This document shows, in pieces, positions 29,359-32,000 of a stretch of DNA of 32,000 nucleotides (position 1 is the first letter of the stretch; every line of letters starts with the position of its first letter). Below the pieces are notes generated by a model. It made no database searches. It was not told where the DNA came from and saw only the letters and a program-made list of their open reading frames with translations. The DNA is taken from assembly GCF_001644705.1 (NCBI RefSeq), contig NZ_CP015137.1:240001-272000 (forward strand), given 5' to 3'. The stretch comes from Dickeya solani IPO 2222 (lineage in GTDB: Bacteria; Pseudomonadota; Gammaproteobacteria; Enterobacterales; Enterobacteriaceae). The position numbers were made by a program, and so were the translations under genes.

Positions 29359-31089
29359 TTGACCAATAACCGACTCGAATGGCAGCAACTGCTGCCCGAT
29401 CATACGCCATATCAGACGTTATTCTCCCAGGCAGCCCAACTTGCTCCCGCCGAGTTCTCAGCGGTACAGCCGCGCCTGGCCGATGCGTTGACGATTTTCT
29501 GCCATCCCCGGTCGCCTTCTCGATTCATGCTATTGAAGGCGCAGGAGAACAACGCCTATCTGGCATTGATTGCCAATGCCATCGCTCATCTGCCTGCCCG
29601 GCAATCGGAAACGCTGCATGGCAACCGTTATCAGATCGACGGTCGTCAGATCAGTATCCAGCCAGCCCAATATCCGGACGACAATTTTGCGGCCACCCTG
29701 CGCTGCGGCTATCAGGAGTGGATCGAGCCGGAACAGCTGTTTGGCTGTGTGCGGATATATCAGGACGATATCAGCCTGCAGCCCGGCCTGCTCCACCGCG
29801 TCAACGGCGGCACGTTGATTCTCTCCGCCCGAACATTACTGGCTCAGCCGCTGATGTGGCTGCGGCTCAAACAGATCATTATTGACGGTCAGTACCACTG
29901 GCTGTCCCCCGACGAACGGCGGCCCTTGCCGGTAGCGATTCCGCCGATGCCGATCGATCTGCGTCTGATCGTGCTCGGCGATCGTGAAAGCCTGGGCGAT
30001 ATCCATGAGATGGAGCCGGAACTGGGTGAACTGGCGATCTATGGTGAATTTGAATCACAGTTGCAACTGATTGAACCCGAAGACATGGTGCACTGGTGTT
30101 CCTACATCAATGCACTCTGTCTGGAAAACCAGTTGCCGCTGCTGGCCGCCGATGCCTGGCCGGAACTGTTTACGCTGGCGGTGCGCTATAGCGGCGATCA
30201 GGGCAATGTTCCCTTATGCCCACAATGGCTGCTCCATCAACTCAAACACGCCGCGCTCTATGCCCGTCAGGAAGACATCAGCGGACAGGCTATTATTGAT
30301 GCCGTTACCGCGCGCCGCTGGCGTGAAGGTTACTTGTCCGAACGTATGCAGGACGAAATCGAGCTCGGTCAGATCCTGATCGAAACCGAAGGCGACATGA
30401 TCGGTCAGGTTAATGGTTTGTCGGTGCTGGAGTATCCCGGTTATCCGCTGATGTTTGGCGAACCGACCCGCATCAGCTGCGTGGTGCATCCCGGCGACGG
30501 CGAACTGACCGACGTCGAGCGCAAGGCTGAGCTGGGCGGCAACCTGCACGCCAAAGGCATGATGATTATGCAGGCGTTCCTGATTTCCGAACTGGAACTG
30601 GAACAACAGTTGCCGTTTTCCGCATCAATCGTGTTTGAACAATCCTACGGTGAAGTCGATGGCGACAGCGCCTCGCTGGCTGAGCTCAGCGCGCTGGTCA
30701 GCGCCCTGTCTCTGCTCCCCATCAATCAACAGTTGGCCGTGACCGGCTCCGTCGACCAGTTTGGGCATGTGCAGCCGATCGGCGGCGTCAACGAAAAAAT
30801 CGAAGGATTTTTCGAGGTATGCCAGCGCCGTGGTCTGACCGGCAAACAGGGTGTTATTATTCCAGCAACCAATCAGCGTCATTTGTGCCTGCAGCCGGAA
30901 GTGGTCGACGCGGTGCGCGAAGGGCAATTCCATCTCTATATCGTGGATTCGGCGGCCGAAGCACTGATGCTGTTGACCCAGATGCCGTATGACGACGAGC
31001 GGCAGCCTAATCTGCTGGCGGCTATCCGCGAGCGCATCGCGCAGTTGGCGCCTCCGGAACGCCGCCGCTTCCCATGGTTTTTCCGTTGA
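29359..31089 (+). CDS. ycbZ: Lon protease homologue LonH (YcbZ), with the Lon S16 C-terminal proteolytic domain
   Basis: 576 aa, colinear with E. coli YcbZ (LFGCVRIYQDDISLQPGLLHRVNGGTLILS; ERKAELGGNLHAKGMMIMQAFL; EQSYGEVDGDSASLAEL with the catalytic-Ser context; GGVNEKIEGFF). It apparently starts at a TTG (MTNNRLEW versus MTITKLAW in E. coli). A perfect TATAAT at 29319-29324 could be its -10 element. Confidence 0.9.
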   Translation: MTNNRLEWQQLLPDHTPYQTLFSQAAQLAPAEFSAVQPRLADALTIFCHPRSPSRFMLLKAQENNAYLALIANAIAHLPARQSETLHGNRYQIDGRQISIQPAQYPDDNFAATLRCGYQEWIEPEQLFGCVRIYQDDISLQPGLLHRVNGGTLILSARTLLAQPLMWLRLKQIIIDGQYHWLSPDERRPLPVAIPPMPIDLRLIVLGDRESLGDIHEMEPELGELAIYGEFESQLQLIEPEDMVHWCSYINALCLENQLPLLAADAWPELFTLAVRYSGDQGNVPLCPQWLLHQLKHAALYARQEDISGQAIIDAVTARRWREGYLSERMQDEIELGQILIETEGDMIGQVNGLSVLEYPGYPLMFGEPTRISCVVHPGDGELTDVERKAELGGNLHAKGMMIMQAFLISELELEQQLPFSASIVFEQSYGEVDGDSASLAELSALVSALSLLPINQQLAVTGSVDQFGHVQPIGGVNEKIEGFFEVCQRRGLTGKQGVIIPATNQRHLCLQPEVVDAVREGQFHLYIVDSAAEALMLLTQMPYDDERQPNLLAAIRERIAQLAPPERRRFPWFFR

Positions 31090-31124
31090 GGAAACTGGTT
31101 GGGCCAGAAGTAACAGACTTGCTC

Positions 31125-31142
31125 AGCGTACATCTGTACGCT
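31125..31142. promoter_or_regulatory. FabR operator in the fabA promoter
   Basis: agcgtaca-tc-tgtacgct is a perfect 8+8 inverted repeat 38 nt upstream of the fabA ATG. It corresponds to the E. coli fabA FabR site (AGCGTACACGTGT.AGCT). A degenerate FadR-like sequence (gaagtaacagacttgct, 31107-31123) abuts it, as in E. coli. Confidence 0.8.
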
Positions 31143-31179
31143 AACCTGCGTGCTCCACAAAAACAGGGCTTATAGAAAC

Positions 31180-31698
31180 ATGGTAGACAAACGCGATTCC
31201 TATTCCAAAGAAGACCTTTTCGCCAGCGGACGCGGTGAACTGTTTGGTCCGCAGGGGCCACAACTGCCGACCGGCAACATGCTGATGATGGATCGTGTCA
31301 TCTCGATGACCGAAGAAGGCGGTCTGCATGGAAAAGGCTATGTGGAAGCAGAACTGGATATCCGTCCGGATCTGTGGTTCTTCGGTTGCCACTTTATCGG
31401 CGATCCGGTGATGCCAGGTTGCCTGGGTCTGGATGCCATGTGGCAGTTGGTGGGCTTCTATCTCGGCTGGCTGGGCGGCGAAGGAAAAGGCCGCGCACTG
31501 GGCGTAGGCGAAGTGAAATTTACCGGTCAGGTGCTGCCAGAGGCGAAAAAAGTGACTTATCGCATTCACTTTAAACGCGTTATCAACCGTAAGCTGATCA
31601 TGGGTATCGCTGATGGTGAAGTTCTGGTAGACGGTCGTCTCATCTACACCGCAACCGACCTGAAAGTGGGTCTGTTCAAAGACACCAGCACTTTCTGA
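31180..31698 (+). CDS. fabA: 3-hydroxydecanoyl-ACP dehydratase / trans-2-decenoyl-ACP isomerase
   Basis: [30 protein letters not shown]...[43 protein letters not shown] is near-identical to E. coli FabA (172 aa). The ORF-track start at 31150 is a 10-codon over-extension. Confidence 0.97.
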   Translation: MVDKRDSYSKEDLFASGRGELFGPQGPQLPTGNMLMMDRVISMTEEGGLHGKGYVEAELDIRPDLWFFGCHFIGDPVMPGCLGLDAMWQLVGFYLGWLGGEGKGRALGVGEVKFTGQVLPEAKKVTYRIHFKRVINRKLIMGIADGEVLVDGRLIYTATDLKVGLFKDTSTF

Positions 31699-31706
31699 TA
31701 GCAGAT

Positions 31707-31734
31707 AAAACGCGGCGCTAACGCCGCGTTTTGC
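31707..31734 (+). terminator. Rho-independent terminator of fabA
   Basis: aaaacgcggcg-ctaa-cgccgcgtttt forms an 11-bp stem whose 3' arm runs into a T tract. It lies 9 nt after the stop codon. Confidence 0.85.
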
Positions 31735-31867
31735 TATTAAGGGCAATGCCTGCACTGGTTAATGCCCTGCCATTCAACACTCCCTGCCGCTTTTTTGCCG
31801 GCGATTTTCCGGCACGACCGCCCGCCGCATGACCCACGCCGCATAGCGGATTATTCCTGTTGATGGT

Positions 31868-32000
31868 TTATACCGGGTGAGCCGACGCGGGGTCCGCGAC
31901 ATAAAAATTCGCCTCGCTGGGTGGCAACGGCGTACGTCCGCGAATCCGATCGGCGATCTTCTCCGCCATCATGATCGTGGTCGCATTGAGGTTGCCGGTG
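31868..32000 (-). CDS. GMC-family oxidoreductase (choline dehydrogenase BetA-like), C-terminal 43 codons; the 5' part lies beyond the window
   Basis: The reverse-strand translation is [43 protein letters not shown]. The [17 protein letters not shown] block is the C-terminal FAD-binding signature as I remember it in E. coli BetA. It is missing from the ORF track because it is truncated. Confidence 0.75.
   Translation of the reverse strand, partial: TGNLNATTIMMAEKIADRIRGRTPLPPSEANFYVADPASAHPV

Noticed and set aside
31141-31755. 204-aa minus-strand ORF covering all of fabA
   Set aside because: fabA on the plus strand is near-identical to the E. coli protein. The antisense ORF runs through the fabA terminator and has no family resemblance.
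1-32000. Scan for tRNA/rRNA genes, IS elements or transposases, integrases, CRISPR arrays, and phage or defence-system genes
   Set aside because: None was found. There are no long terminal inverted repeats, no regularly spaced direct repeats beyond those reported, and no ORF with transposase, integrase, nuclease, ATPase or defence-like motifs. The accessory junction therefore lacks visible mobility hallmarks.

Overview
This is a chromosomal window from a Gram-negative enterobacterium. Gene content and protein sequences look Pectobacteriaceae-like (Dickeya, Brenneria or Pectobacterium type), but the genus cannot be fixed without a database search. Every family call comes from reading the translated ORFs against remembered E. 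coli homologues; no searches were run.

Positions 1-22.2 kb form a conserved housekeeping block, in this order:
- fabD (partial), fabH, plsX, rpmF and yceD on the minus strand
- yceF/maf (+), rluC (-), the long rne 5' UTR and rne (+)
- an ABM-fold monooxygenase (-), pyrC (+), a LexA box with dinI (+), bssS (+)
- yceJ and yceI (+), trhO/yceA (-), an OYE flavin oxidoreductase (+), lpxL (+), mdtG (+)
- opgH and opgG (-)

Positions 28.7-32 kb form a second conserved block: matP (-), lonH/ycbZ (+), a FabR operator with fabA (+), and the 3' end of a BetA-like GMC oxidoreductase (-).

Between the blocks (about 22.2-28.7 kb) lies an accessory junction. It holds a DUF2946 plus PepSY-TM gene pair in which both proteins carry His/Met-rich motifs, with no TonB-dependent receptor between them. 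It also holds an orphan four-helix-bundle chemoreceptor ending in a GWATF tethering pentapeptide. The remaining ~2.3 kb is AT-rich with low coding density. Its only plausible genes are an orphan Arc-like ribbon-helix-helix gene, a 61-aa two-TM peptide gene and a few doubtful small ORFs.

No tRNA or rRNA genes, IS elements, integrases or CRISPR arrays were seen. I found no clear multi-gene novel system. The most interesting items are the DUF2946/PepSY metal-type module, the AT-rich junction with its orphan regulator and small peptide, a triple 14-nt motif upstream of yceJ-yceI, and a nucleotide-perfect 9-bp x5 repeat inside rne.
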